Below, in pieces: positions 22,700-33,685 of a DNA stretch of 64,000 nt. The DNA comes from Oopsacas minuta (lineage: Eukaryota; Animalia; Porifera). The stretch lies in assembly GCA_024704765.1 (NCBI GenBank), contig JAKMXF010000144.1, forward strand, positions 682,001 to 746,000, in the 5' to 3' direction. Position 1 is the stretch's first letter, and each line of letters starts with the position of its first letter. The translations under genes were made by a program, and so were the position numbers. The notes beneath the pieces were generated by a model. The model saw only the letters and a program-made list of their open reading frames with translations. It was not told where the DNA came from and did not search any database.

Positions 22700-23146
22700 T
22701 TGAAGAGCAATAGAATCAAGCATGTTTCGGTAGAGTTAGTTGTACAATAAAATTTAATGGAAATTATCTATCATTATTAGATGTTGCGTTTTTTCGATAT
22801 TTTAGAACTATATTTATTATTATTTGCACTTTTTCTGAACATTTCTAAACCGGACAATCTATACAACAATTGTGTGTTGTTTAAGCTCCTTTTCACATAG
22901 TTCATAATTAGCCGGAGGTTCTAATCTCTAGCATCGTTTTAGGATATCAAAGAAGGTCCGAAATGTAATATATTGGGAAAACCCGCGATTATGATAACAA
23001 ATATCCCAGAGCCCAAGTAAATATTTGATATGACTTGAATTGCGAATCGTGTAAATTTCATATTTGCATTTTTAATGTGTTTGGCAAAAATTATTCTTTT
23101 CAATCTCCACTCCACTAGCAGATTGTCTGATAATCTTTCTCTAAGT

Positions 23147-24169
23147 ATGGACTATATAGTTCAACCTTTCGTGACATACGTCACTAACTGGAATGAGATA
23201 TTCACAATGTTTATGAGCGTGTGGCGTTACCAACGTCCTGACAGTTTAGGCCCTGCAGGATGGTACCAGTTCTTCAAACAAGAGTACAAGGAGATACTTA
23301 TGTCATGTACCATGGACATGGAATTTATAATATACACACTTGCCATTGGTGCTCTAATAACTATTATTAGAATTGGAAGTCAAAAACTGATTTTGGACAA
23401 GATTCCTATCTGGTTGGATATGAATGAAGAATCACGTGATAAATTCCCTGAATCATTATTCCGTCTAATTAGTTACATTTTCATTTGGTCCTGTACTAGT
23501 TATGTTATTTTATTCTCCAATTATCCCATACTGGATGATCCAGATTACATGTGGAGTGATTTCAGTGGCGTGTCTACTATAATAGCTCCTGATATATTTT
23601 TCGTATACGTATTACAATGTGGCTACTATGTGCATTGTGCATACGCTAATATTGCCCTAGACGTACATCGAGCTGATTTCTGGGCGCTAATGCTTCACCA
23701 CGTGGTTACCCTGAGTCTCATATCATTCTCTTATGCTTCCAGATACCACAATGTTGGCATCGCTGTAGTATTCCTGCATGACATATGTGATATATTCATT
23801 GAGTTAGCAAAGTGTGGGTTATATCTACAAGTGCTAGGAGGTAAGAAATATTGGTTACCTGATAAAGTCTCTACTGTTGCGTTTATAACATTCACATCTT
23901 TGTGGGTGTGGTTACGTTTGTATTGGTTCCAGACTAAAGTGCTCATGTCTACAGCTGTAGCTTCTATGCAATTCGACATGGATGGAGAATTCTATTTGAT
24001 TTTCAATGTATTGCTTTTGATTCTATACGGACTCAATCTATACTGGTTCTTCTTCATATTATTGATAATAGTCGACATTTTAAGCGGTGGGGAATTGGCT
24101 GATAAACGAGAGGAAGAATTAGTGGCGAAGACAAGGGCAGAAATTTTGAAGAGAAAGAAGCAGACTTAA
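23147..24169 (+). CDS. CERS1: Ceramide synthase (CERS1-like), tandem copy B
   Basis: Lag1 motif RADFWALMLHHVVT...HDICD; ATG at 23147 matches the copy A start MDYIVQPF. Confidence 0.85.
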   Translation: MDYIVQPFVTYVTNWNEIFTMFMSVWRYQRPDSLGPAGWYQFFKQEYKEILMSCTMDMEFIIYTLAIGALITIIRIGSQKLILDKIPIWLDMNEESRDKFPESLFRLISYIFIWSCTSYVILFSNYPILDDPDYMWSDFSGVSTIIAPDIFFVYVLQCGYYVHCAYANIALDVHRADFWALMLHHVVTLSLISFSYASRYHNVGIAVVFLHDICDIFIELAKCGLYLQVLGGKKYWLPDKVSTVAFITFTSLWVWLRLYWFQTKVLMSTAVASMQFDMDGEFYLIFNVLLLILYGLNLYWFFFILLIIVDILSGGELADKREEELVAKTRAEILKRKKQT

Positions 24170-24596
24170 TTGTGTATTAATATGCACACCGAATTGAATG
24201 ATTGTAAATTCCTTCATAATAGTTATAGTTGTAAAGTTTGCTAATTCTTGTTTATCTGTATTTACAAGAAATGTGTTTAGGAATTGCTACGTATTTTGAA
24301 AATATATTTCTTTATTACATCTGTCCTCAATCTGATGTTTGAGTATATCAGCTGCTCAAACAGCTGATTCATAACATGCAATATTTCTAAAAGATATTAT
24401 AGATTACTTGATTGTCCCATAGAGATCATTTTGCGTCAATTTAGACGTTTACTGGAAGTTTAATCATTATTTCTTTGAGATATAGCAATATTAAGCCATT
24501 AGCTTCACATTTCCATTAATTTGTTTTCTAATGTGTACATTATATGTAGTTTAAGCATCCCTCAACCTAGTCATGCCTCAACTATTTAAAATACTA

Positions 24597-24677
24597 CAGT
24601 ACAACTCGGATAAGACGTCTTTCGGTTGATACGTACTATTTTTGTTTCTTTAGGAGGAACTTATCCGAGTTCTACTG
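24597..24677. mobile_element. 81-bp TA-flanked Tc1/mariner-type MITE
   Basis: TA|CAGTACAACTCGGATAAG ... CTTATCCGAGTTCTACTG|TA (17/18 TIR match); relatives at ~37113 and ~54748. Confidence 0.75.
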
Positions 24678-24802
24678 TATCTGTCAATGAGTTTTGAATA
24701 TTTGTTGAATTTGTATATGATGGCATTACTCCATTAACAACACTATTGCACTGAAATTTGACTCAATTATTATACTAAAATGAGTAATACAATAGCGTGA
24801 AT

Positions 24803-25525
24803 ATGTCCCGATCAGCATCTCGTATGCATAATGAAGAAGAACAGGCCATCAAGCTAGACAACCTGATCAAGGAGTACGCTACTTATGAAGACTTCCTCAG
24901 TGCTCAGATAACATCAACAGATCTATACTATCTAGAAGATGAAGAGGTAGCTAGAGACTTGGTAGAACTAGGTTATAGAGGTACCGGGGAAGTAATGAAG
25001 AGGGAGGAGTTTGAAGCTAGGAAGCATGCAGCAAGTAGCAGTAAGAACAAACGTGATCAGAAACAGGCATTAGCTGGACAAGGTTACGACCTGACTGATA
25101 CTCCGCTACTAGCTGCATTAGCTCAGAGAGAAGAAGCTAATCACACAGGCAAGATGACTACAATAATATTCATTAGAGATAGGAACCATAGAGAACAGGA
25201 AATATCTGGTTATATAGATTTTGCACATCGTATTAAAACTGAGGATTTTAGGATTATCTTCTCCAAGAAGAAACGTTTTCTCCCTAAACAATCTGACCTT
25301 AGTTTCTACAATTGGGACACGCAACAAACCAGTATGCACGACACGCCTAACTACCAAGTTATTGCTGATTTCACCTCTGGTCTTACTTTCAAAAATAAGA
25401 CAGATAGAAAAACAATTAACGTAGACCCAAAGGCTGCCAAGCCAGGAGATAACACAACTAGACTAGAGCTATCTGATAGCAATTATGAGCAGATTGTATT
25501 GTATGATCACTTTACACGTAGGTAG
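24803..25525 (+). CDS. CFAP299: Cilia- and flagella-associated protein 299 (C4orf22/DUF4464)
   Basis: TYEDFLSAQITSTDLYYLEDEEVARDLVELGYRGTGEV...EISGYIDFAHR...DLSFYNWDT...YDHFTRR. Confidence 0.88.
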   Translation: MSRSASRMHNEEEQAIKLDNLIKEYATYEDFLSAQITSTDLYYLEDEEVARDLVELGYRGTGEVMKREEFEARKHAASSSKNKRDQKQALAGQGYDLTDTPLLAALAQREEANHTGKMTTIIFIRDRNHREQEISGYIDFAHRIKTEDFRIIFSKKKRFLPKQSDLSFYNWDTQQTSMHDTPNYQVIADFTSGLTFKNKTDRKTINVDPKAAKPGDNTTRLELSDSNYEQIVLYDHFTRR

Positions 25526-27084
25526 CAGTCTACAACACTATACACTTTCTACTTATATACCATGTGAGACAACAGCTGGTTATACCATGTTATTCATTAC
25601 GATCACTTATTATTACTCATATTATATTACCTGAATATATTACTTACAATGTAATTACTAATTCAGAACAAAACAACAGGAGGTATATGATGAATAATGC
25701 AAGCTAATCCTTCCTATGTAATAATGAGGAGCATCCAGTTAAAATTTATAATTTCTTCAAAACAGACAAGGATAGACAATAATAATATTACTGATTATAT
25801 TGCTGTATTCACATGTCTGGTTAATTCAGATAGCCAACCTGACATGAACTGCGCCCACTTGTTCACCACAACTTTTGTAATTACACTGACTAATAGATGA
25901 ATAGTTCATTTGCTACGATAATAAGTGATGATAATTTAGTCTCATATAAAATGTAATCCTACAATTTTGGAAATATTATTATTATTCTGTGGTGTGGCGT
26001 AATAATTTCTAGGAAATATTACAAGATATTCTGCTCATGCTCAGTTTTGCAAACAAGCCATTTTTATTTTATCCTTTCTAATTTGTCAGTACTAGGACCG
26101 AATATAGCATTATTCTTTGTGTTTAGATTCTACAACCTGACCATTTGGCAGCTAAATTCCAGTTGCCATTATCCGTATGCATCTGCATACTCATAATGTG
26201 CAAGGCTGAAAGTCTGTAGGAAATGAATTGAATTGTTTTACAAGAATTCCTGAAAAGTATGTGAATACGTATTGATCGTAATGCTACAATTTTCAGGTGT
26301 TGAATTAGTTATTTAATCAATACATTGTTCATGTCGTGATTAATGAATTTATTCAATATCAGCATCATCCTGGTTGCAATTACAGGTTCTGATATCTGAA
26401 TGTTCTTCTATTTAATTAGTAAATGATTTGATTTAGACAAACAAAAGTGACAAGCATATTTCCGGATTGCTCGTCTGTTTATTGTTGAAATGTTGTTTGA
26501 TTCATGTTCAATATATTAATATTATACATTCCAATCCAACCTTACTCAATTAGTATGTGTGACGAGGTGAACAGCGTGCTTGCCCTTCTAACAATTCTCT
26601 GCTCAAATCAGAGGATGTAATAATATTAATCCGTCTGATTCTTACTAAGGTATAAACCTCAGACCACAAACTAGATTTGCACCAAGCACAAACGTAGGTT
26701 GTAGCCTAGATTAACTATTTCAGCTTATTTCCCTATATAATCATTCTGTAGGCATCGATTGCTCAACTTGCTGCTATACTATACTCTACATAATGCAATA
26801 TATAACTACCAAAACTCACTTCTGTTTTAATCAGCTGAATTCAATTTTTAAGCACGACTCAGCTGGAAATTTCTAAGTCATTTGTATTTGTTATTCTTGA
26901 CAAAATATAACTGATTACATGTCTCAGTTAGTATGATTTATTCAGCTTTCCCATATTATCTCAATTGATAAAATATTTTAAATTATTCAATACTTTTCAC
27001 ACGATTAAGAGAAAATGAATAAATGGAACTAACAATTAAAATTTATTCGTTTCACTGTATTATTGTAGATTTTAAGTCGCATAG

Positions 27085-28749
27085 ATGGATATGATGAGGA
27101 TAGAGCCTACAATGGTATCCACACCCCCTATACCGCATCAACACCATCCTTTCCACTCCCCACACAGTGCTTTCTCATCAATGTCTTCAAACAACATCAC
27201 ACAAAGGGGAATGTCTAGGTCCATGTCCTCCACTCCAAATTCTATGATGGGACCGCCTCTCCATCGCCAGGATATTATGCGTCAATCACCTGTTGCTTTC
27301 CATAACATGCAAACATTAAATCGCGCTTCTCCACACCCTCAGACCACACCCATTCCAGAAATACACCCAGCATCATATCCACCCCCAGAGCACCATTTTG
27401 CTCTGTCACCCACCTTATCTTGTCCCATCAGGGAGTCCCCACACAATTTAGCACACAATGGTACTATCAAAATAACTCAACAGGAGATGCCTCCCCCACA
27501 TACTCTCTGCTACTCACAACCTCGTATATACGATCCTTTTAAATCCCAACAGATATCCACACACCCTCAAACATGTAAAGTACCTTCTAACTTCAGACCT
27601 AACACCCCAGCAGAACATCTAACAGACTCATCTAACAGTTCTAATATGTATCCTCAACAGGTCTCCACTCCTATAACATATGCACACGCGGTTAATCTCC
27701 CTCAACAGTATTCTGTACCAATCAATAATATCACTGAATCAACTTCATCTCAACCGTCTCTTGAGTCAATTGAGTTTGAGAGTGAGCTAGAAACAGCTAG
27801 AACCTCCATAGACGAATCTACAGCTAATCTAGTTATATCTACCAGAGATGATCTCAGAGTATCTCCCACTACTATTCCATTCTCTGTTGTAGTCACCTCC
27901 ATAGCTACTTCCTCTCACGACAACATGTCCGATACTTCTAACTTCCCTGGATCTCCCACCTGTCTTTCTAGCCCTAATTCTTCTAAGTTCCCTCACCTTA
28001 AAGAACGTAAGGCTATGGACAAGAAGATGCGTAGAGAGATAGCAAACTGTAATGAGAGGAAACGAATGGAGAATATAAACAGTGGGTTTAGATCTCTCAA
28101 AGTATTACTCCCTCAGACTCAGAACGAGAAAACTAGCAAGGCAGCTATTCTCCAGCAAACAGCTAAATACATACACAGACTGGTTGAAGAGAAAAGACGT
28201 CTAATTGAGGAGAATGATAAGGTCAAACATGAGCTATCTAAGTACATAGCTAACTCACAATACGGGGGAGTTATTGGAAAGAATACCGGATTCGTTCAGC
28301 CTGCTCCTGCATTTCAAACTTTTAACTCATCTCCTCAAATTTCTAAACCAGAGACGGACTACTACTCACGTCTACAAGATGAAGTTACTAAGCTACAGGA
28401 GCAGCTGAAACATGAACGAAATTCTAAATGCATGTTAGAGAAGATAAACAGAGAATTGGAATCAAGAGTAGGATTCATGGAAAGTGTACATACCTACAAT
28501 CCTGATCCAGTTCTCTCTTCACGTGACACACACTGCAAGCATAACTTGGATGCTATCGCGATGTCACTGGAACAGTTAGAAGGAGAGTGCTATACCAATC
28601 TACCTCCCTCCCCTCCGTCTGCTTACGAGAGACAGACCCCCTATGTCGAGATTTTGGATCGGTCTACTACTCCGTATGCTATAGACAGGAACAGGAACAC
28701 ACCCGTTGGACACTTTCGTGCTATTAAAAGCCCTATGCCCCACCACTAA
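27085..28749 (+). CDS. TFAP4: bHLH-ZIP transcription factor AP-4
   Basis: MRREIANCNERKRMENINSGFRSLKVLLP...EKTSKAAILQQTAKYIHRLVEEKRRL matches the AP-4 bHLH-zipper; a 5' exon may exist. Confidence 0.82.
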   Translation: MDMMRIEPTMVSTPPIPHQHHPFHSPHSAFSSMSSNNITQRGMSRSMSSTPNSMMGPPLHRQDIMRQSPVAFHNMQTLNRASPHPQTTPIPEIHPASYPPPEHHFALSPTLSCPIRESPHNLAHNGTIKITQQEMPPPHTLCYSQPRIYDPFKSQQISTHPQTCKVPSNFRPNTPAEHLTDSSNSSNMYPQQVSTPITYAHAVNLPQQYSVPINNITESTSSQPSLESIEFESELETARTSIDESTANLVISTRDDLRVSPTTIPFSVVVTSIATSSHDNMSDTSNFPGSPTCLSSPNSSKFPHLKERKAMDKKMRREIANCNERKRMENINSGFRSLKVLLPQTQNEKTSKAAILQQTAKYIHRLVEEKRRLIEENDKVKHELSKYIANSQYGGVIGKNTGFVQPAPAFQTFNSSPQISKPETDYYSRLQDEVTKLQEQLKHERNSKCMLEKINRELESRVGFMESVHTYNPDPVLSSRDTHCKHNLDAIAMSLEQLEGECYTNLPPSPPSAYERQTPYVEILDRSTTPYAIDRNRNTPVGHFRAIKSPMPHH

Positions 28750-30244
28750 CACATTATCCACGGAATACACATACAGTAATAATCATGACACATATATATA
28801 AGCCTTTTAAGCTTTTCAAGCTTTTAGTTTAGTTCTTAATAACTTTTTAATGTTAAGTTGAGTTACCTTTTGATTGCATTTCTAGTTATGTAGCGAGAAT
28901 GATGCCTATCTCTTTTATATTGGAAGTTGTATTATTCCATTTCGAATCTTAATATGTTTATGTTTCTTTTATTGCTGGTATTTACTTAATTTTAGTTTCT
29001 GAAACACTGAATACGTACACATGCTTAAGTAGAAAATTATTATTTTAATATTTATGAGTATAGCGCCTGAATTTTTGCGGCAATTTTTTGAGTTGCAGTT
29101 AATTTGAATTAGTATTGGATTATATTGGATAATAATTAAGGTTTCCATCAATACTATCTCTTCTACAAAGGCAAGGCGAATGTATTCAATGATCTCATGA
29201 CATACGTAATATCAAGATAGTCAACTGACTCGACTCTACTCATAAGTATTATTCCTCCTTAGCAGGTGAAATGTTTTACAAATAATTCTCTGAATTATCC
29301 ATAATGAGTGTAAGCAGCAATTTGTACTACAAATCAACTCCTGAATTTCTCAGTGAGCGAAGCCATCATTAATGAGAACATTAAAATTATGCAATAATGA
29401 TTCAACTCTAATCAATCATTTACAGTTCAATCTTCAATTTTCTTTCCTTCTAATTAAAATTATTTGATTTTGTATCAGTGATTAATTATTTATTACAATC
29501 AATAATTCTTTACAAATATACGCACAACTCTTAAATATCTGCATTCGCTCCAAAACCAATGAATACTAAATGGTGTATATATTGTTATTTTGCTAATAGC
29601 ACTGCTTCGACAATCTAGGTTCTTATCCAAATTTGTCCCCTAATATTATCCATATTGGAATATTGTAATCTGTTTAGACTAGTGTTGGTAATTTTTATGG
29701 TCAATAACATGTGACTATTATCATCGACTCATCGTTCTATGCTACGAGTACAAAATTCTCATATCGTATATGAACTGTTAATAGATATAGAATTTGTCCT
29801 AATAATTTCAACTACTGTATCAACAACCCGAAATTTCTGATTATCCTACCGTAAAATGTTTCTTCATTTCTTGAACTATGCACTTACATATTCAATGATC
29901 ATTGGTTAATAATTGAATTTTAATGTTATTATAACGACTGAGCAAACTAACCATTTTACAATGTACACACATCATTGATTTCACAGATATAGATAGGAAT
30001 ATAGCCATTTAATAATTATTTCTTATTAACAGTATATCTATGTATTAAACTGTGAATAATTCTAGTATATTTGTGGATGAGAGAACCTCCAGAAAATACC
30101 ATACGTAGAATAGCATATGTAGCGTAGATATATAATTGTTATTTTTGTTGAAGTTATATTTCGTATTTTCTTCGTATTTCCTACCTCTTATTCCTATTTC
30201 TCCACGATAATTATTCACAAGTTGTTTACCATCAGTTAGATATT

Positions 30245-30661
30245 ATGGGAGATCTTCCTTCAATGATTTCAGATGAAGTTTTGCTTAATGCAACTAATCT
30301 ATATTTTTCCTTTTTACCTGAATGGTGTAAGACATATCTTGTCTATCTCTTACAAATGGTAATCAAAGATCCTTACGGATTCATCAAGAGTGTATTTATA
30401 TTACTTTTGCCTCTATTTCTTCTGAGTGCTATATGTTCCTACTTTCTATTGAAGGAAATGAAGAAAGATGAAGTGAAACAGAAAAACCGAGATAAGATCA
30501 AGCAACGTGCTCAAAAGGTAATGAATAAAGATAAAGATAAAACTAGCGAAAAGAAATCTCCTACTTCTAATTCTCCTCCTATCTCTACTCCTATCTCTAC
30601 TTCTCCATCTACTTCTGCTTCTCCTGGAAAGTCAAAGAAGTCCAAGAAAAAGAATAATTAA
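30245..30661 (+). CDS. SMIM15: Small integral membrane protein 15-like
   Basis: KDPYGFIKSVFILLLPLFLLSAICSYFLLKEM resembles [32 protein letters not shown]; basic and Ser/Pro-rich tail. Confidence 0.72.
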   Translation: MGDLPSMISDEVLLNATNLYFSFLPEWCKTYLVYLLQMVIKDPYGFIKSVFILLLPLFLLSAICSYFLLKEMKKDEVKQKNRDKIKQRAQKVMNKDKDKTSEKKSPTSNSPPISTPISTSPSTSASPGKSKKSKKKNN

Positions 30662-30900
30662 ATTTAGAATTATACTTTGTGTGAATGCTTTAGATTTATA
30701 GTACTTTGATCACAGAAAATAATTACCTGAACAATAAACAGTCAATTCTCGTTAAATCCAAGCCGAACTCCCAGCCTATATACTTCTATATATTTTGTAT
30801 TAATAAGGAATAGTTAGGGACGAATGGAAATAATTCAAATTATTATTTACATTTAAAAGTACAAACAAACGTCTATAGGGAGTAATGAATATAATAATGT

Positions 30901-32643
30901 TCATATTTCTTCGTGTCTTATTGCCCATTCATGGCCTCTACTCAGTCCAGTTTCAATTATGTCTTGAAACGAGCCATCTCTGTTGAAAATTGCCGCGAAT
31001 AGATAGCTCTTCTCCTCTTTCATAAACACTTCAATTGACATTCCACTTCCTGGCAATATCTGGAAAGGTTTCGCTTTACTCACAGCCTGTATTTTCTTCA
31101 GTTCAATCTTCAGTCTGTCGTTACTGCTAGCTGCCCTACTCTCAAAACATAGATAATTTGTTGTGAGGTATAGCTTCCCTGATTTGTAACCACTCAATAG
31201 ATTACCTCTGTTCATAAGATTAGCTCGTTTGCCATGGACCCAACCATCTATGATCTTCTCTTTCGTTGTTAATCCAAACTTCATCAGAACATGTCTTTCT
31301 TTCGCTTCGTTTTGAGCAGAATTGCGGTTTTCCTCACCATCAATTTCCTGAGGAAGTTGCCCAACTGGATTTGTTCCCTGAATCTGATTCAAACTTTCAT
31401 TAGTTGGTAGCATGCTCCATAGCTTTCCTATGCTGTCATATTTATCCTTTACTCTTGGATACTTCTTGTAAGCCGGCGAAATTAGAAATAACTTTACTCC
31501 AATGAGCAAACCAACTATTCGCCATAGAATGGAGGTAGGTATGAACGTGCTGGCTATCAATAGTACCCAAAGGAAGCGATATACTTTCTTAGTTACCATG
31601 GGAATTCGCCACATCATCAAGTTATTAACTTTCTCCAAACCATCAGCAATACTACCAGTTAAACTCTGTACTTTAAGTAGAATGACACGCGCCATGGCGA
31701 CCTTATCCACCCAATTTTTCTCATCCTTCCCTTTCGGTTCCTCTTCTTCTTCATCACTGAATATACTGAATCTGTTAGCTAATCCTGTCACGATAATATA
31801 GCCTACACTAAGACGCCATATCATGAATATTAGCAGTACTTGTATGGTATAGCCAGTGTATGCACTGATCATGTATAGAAGGAATATTACAAGTGTTTCT
31901 GCTCGTTTATTCCAGTATAGGACCTTGTTGATACTCTCACCAGTTCTTGTATAAGGCTTAATTGCTTTGGATAATCGTCCAATATTCTCACTCAATAGAG
32001 ACGGTGCGAATGTCTCCTCCTTCTGTTCCTCACCTAAATCTTCGTTCTCTTCAACATAGAAGTCACTCAGGAAATTCCAGAAATAATTATTCAATCTCTT
32101 TGCGTAGGTCTTGTAAACATTCTTAGCTTTACCGATCTTCCCTAATTGTATTTCTTTCTCGTATTTCTTGTTTCTATCTTGTTCACACACAATGTTTTCA
32201 AAAGAAATATCACCACTCTTTACTTCTACAGTCTGCGCTGTCATTTTAGCACCAGATTGATTGGGTAGATTGAAAGTGCTAGAAGCACGGGAACGTCCTC
32301 TTTCAGCTGCTAGCTCATCCTTTAGTTTAGTGTTCTCTATCATAGATTCTTCTAGAGCAGATTGTAGCTGATTCATTTGTAGTTCGAAGGTTTCTCTCAC
32401 ACTCTTCTCTGAACTGATAGAAGAAGTTCTCTGGGAAGATTTTGAAAATTGAAAATCAAGAGTCTCGTCATCTTTCGTTTCACGAAAAGCAGGTCTTCTC
32501 TTTGTGATATATTCAGATGTTGAATCTAGGTTTAAGTCAATCTTCTTCTCAGGTGAAGCGATAACCTGAGATAGGAGGAACTCATGTTCCGGATCATCAT
32601 TGGGCATGAATGAGTCCATATAGTACTGATCTTCTCCATACAT
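30901..32643 (-). CDS. GRAMD4: GRAM domain-containing protein 4
   Basis: Coiled coil, then LSENIGRL...W, LEKVNNLMMW...P, TM helices, KYPRVKDKYD and C-terminal GRAM (GKLYLTTNYLCFES). Start taken at MYGEDQ; the ORF track extends to 32700. Confidence 0.8.
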   Translation of the reverse strand: MYGEDQYYMDSFMPNDDPEHEFLLSQVIASPEKKIDLNLDSTSEYITKRRPAFRETKDDETLDFQFSKSSQRTSSISSEKSVRETFELQMNQLQSALEESMIENTKLKDELAAERGRSRASSTFNLPNQSGAKMTAQTVEVKSGDISFENIVCEQDRNKKYEKEIQLGKIGKAKNVYKTYAKRLNNYFWNFLSDFYVEENEDLGEEQKEETFAPSLLSENIGRLSKAIKPYTRTGESINKVLYWNKRAETLVIFLLYMISAYTGYTIQVLLIFMIWRLSVGYIIVTGLANRFSIFSDEEEEEPKGKDEKNWVDKVAMARVILLKVQSLTGSIADGLEKVNNLMMWRIPMVTKKVYRFLWVLLIASTFIPTSILWRIVGLLIGVKLFLISPAYKKYPRVKDKYDSIGKLWSMLPTNESLNQIQGTNPVGQLPQEIDGEENRNSAQNEAKERHVLMKFGLTTKEKIIDGWVHGKRANLMNRGNLLSGYKSGKLYLTTNYLCFESRAASSNDRLKIELKKIQAVSKAKPFQILPGSGMSIEVFMKEEKSYLFAAIFNRDGSFQDIIETGLSRGHEWAIRHEEI

Positions 32644-33131
32644 TTTAGCAATGAATAACACAATGTAAAGCTTATTTGACTTCTTAATTCTACTAGGCAT
32701 ACACTAATTTTAATATATTAATTGATTAGCAGGTTGGGTTTCATTCTTAGCTCATCCTAAGCATTCTGTTATCGCTCAGCTTACGTATGTCCCGATTTAC
32801 AAAATGTATTTGTAGTTGCACCGTGCTGATAGGACAAGAGCTGCACGTCTCCCCAAAATTTTCCAACCCCGCTGCACTCGCTGCAAGCACTCCAGTAATA
32901 AGGAAAGTGTGAACTTTGGCTTAATTACAAACTAAATCACTATTATTATCCAGGAATTTTGCTTCTGAACTCACCTCGGAGTCACAATTTATAACTCGTA
33001 GACTATAATTGTTACAAGAATACTAATTAGTTGGAAGAACCTCAGTTTGTATTCATATTCAGAAACTTATCTGTAATATGAATCATAGTTATGTACGTCT
33101 TTGTTAGTTTAGATTAGCCACATCACTTATA

Positions 33132-33416
33132 ATGTCAGAAGAGGGGGATAGAAAATGGTGGAGATTCGACGTCCTTCACACACCCTGTGCAAGAGATGGT
33201 CTGCTAGTTGGTATCAGTTGTGGGGTCGTTGTTGGTTTAGGTTACTTTTTGAAATATAAGATAATTACAAGGTCTGGAGATTGGGCTGTGGGTGTGTTTG
33301 CTGTATCCTCTGCTCTCTCGTTTATAGCTTGTCGCTCTAAGAGGTCTGTTAAGCAACAAGCTCTCAGAGATATAGCAGATTCAATTAACCAGCAAGGAGA
33401 AGATAAACCTCCATAG
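33132..33416 (+). CDS. COX20: Cytochrome c oxidase assembly protein COX20
   Basis: TPCARDGLLVGI..., two TM segments, second Cys in FIACR. Confidence 0.8.
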   Translation: MSEEGDRKWWRFDVLHTPCARDGLLVGISCGVVVGLGYFLKYKIITRSGDWAVGVFAVSSALSFIACRSKRSVKQQALRDIADSINQQGEDKPP

Positions 33417-33685
33417 CAATTATATTTATTGAATATTTGATATTAAAATATTTGACATTTCATCAATTAGAACTTGCAGAGCTCTAAATTATACATAATA
33501 ATTTTACTCACAAAACCCAGCTTCCAGAATTAAGTAAATTAATTCAATCTTTCTCCATTCTCCAACATTATTTATGATATCAAACTCAATATACTTACAT
33601 TAGCAGTTAACTAATACACTCATTACTGTTATTATCGACAATTATAACCTGTATAATATTCTAGAATAGCTAAAATCTGCTACTT

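Noticed and set aside
26100-26800. Possible multi-exon unknown gene (e.g. ILQPDHLAAKFQLPLS, EDVIILIRLILTK)
   Set aside because: Short fragments with no recognisable family and inconsistent phases; unsupported without transcripts.
30560-30630. CT-rich repeat TCTCCTCCTATCTCTACTCCTATCTCTAC
   Set aside because: It is the low-complexity Ser/Pro/Thr tail of the SMIM15 CDS.
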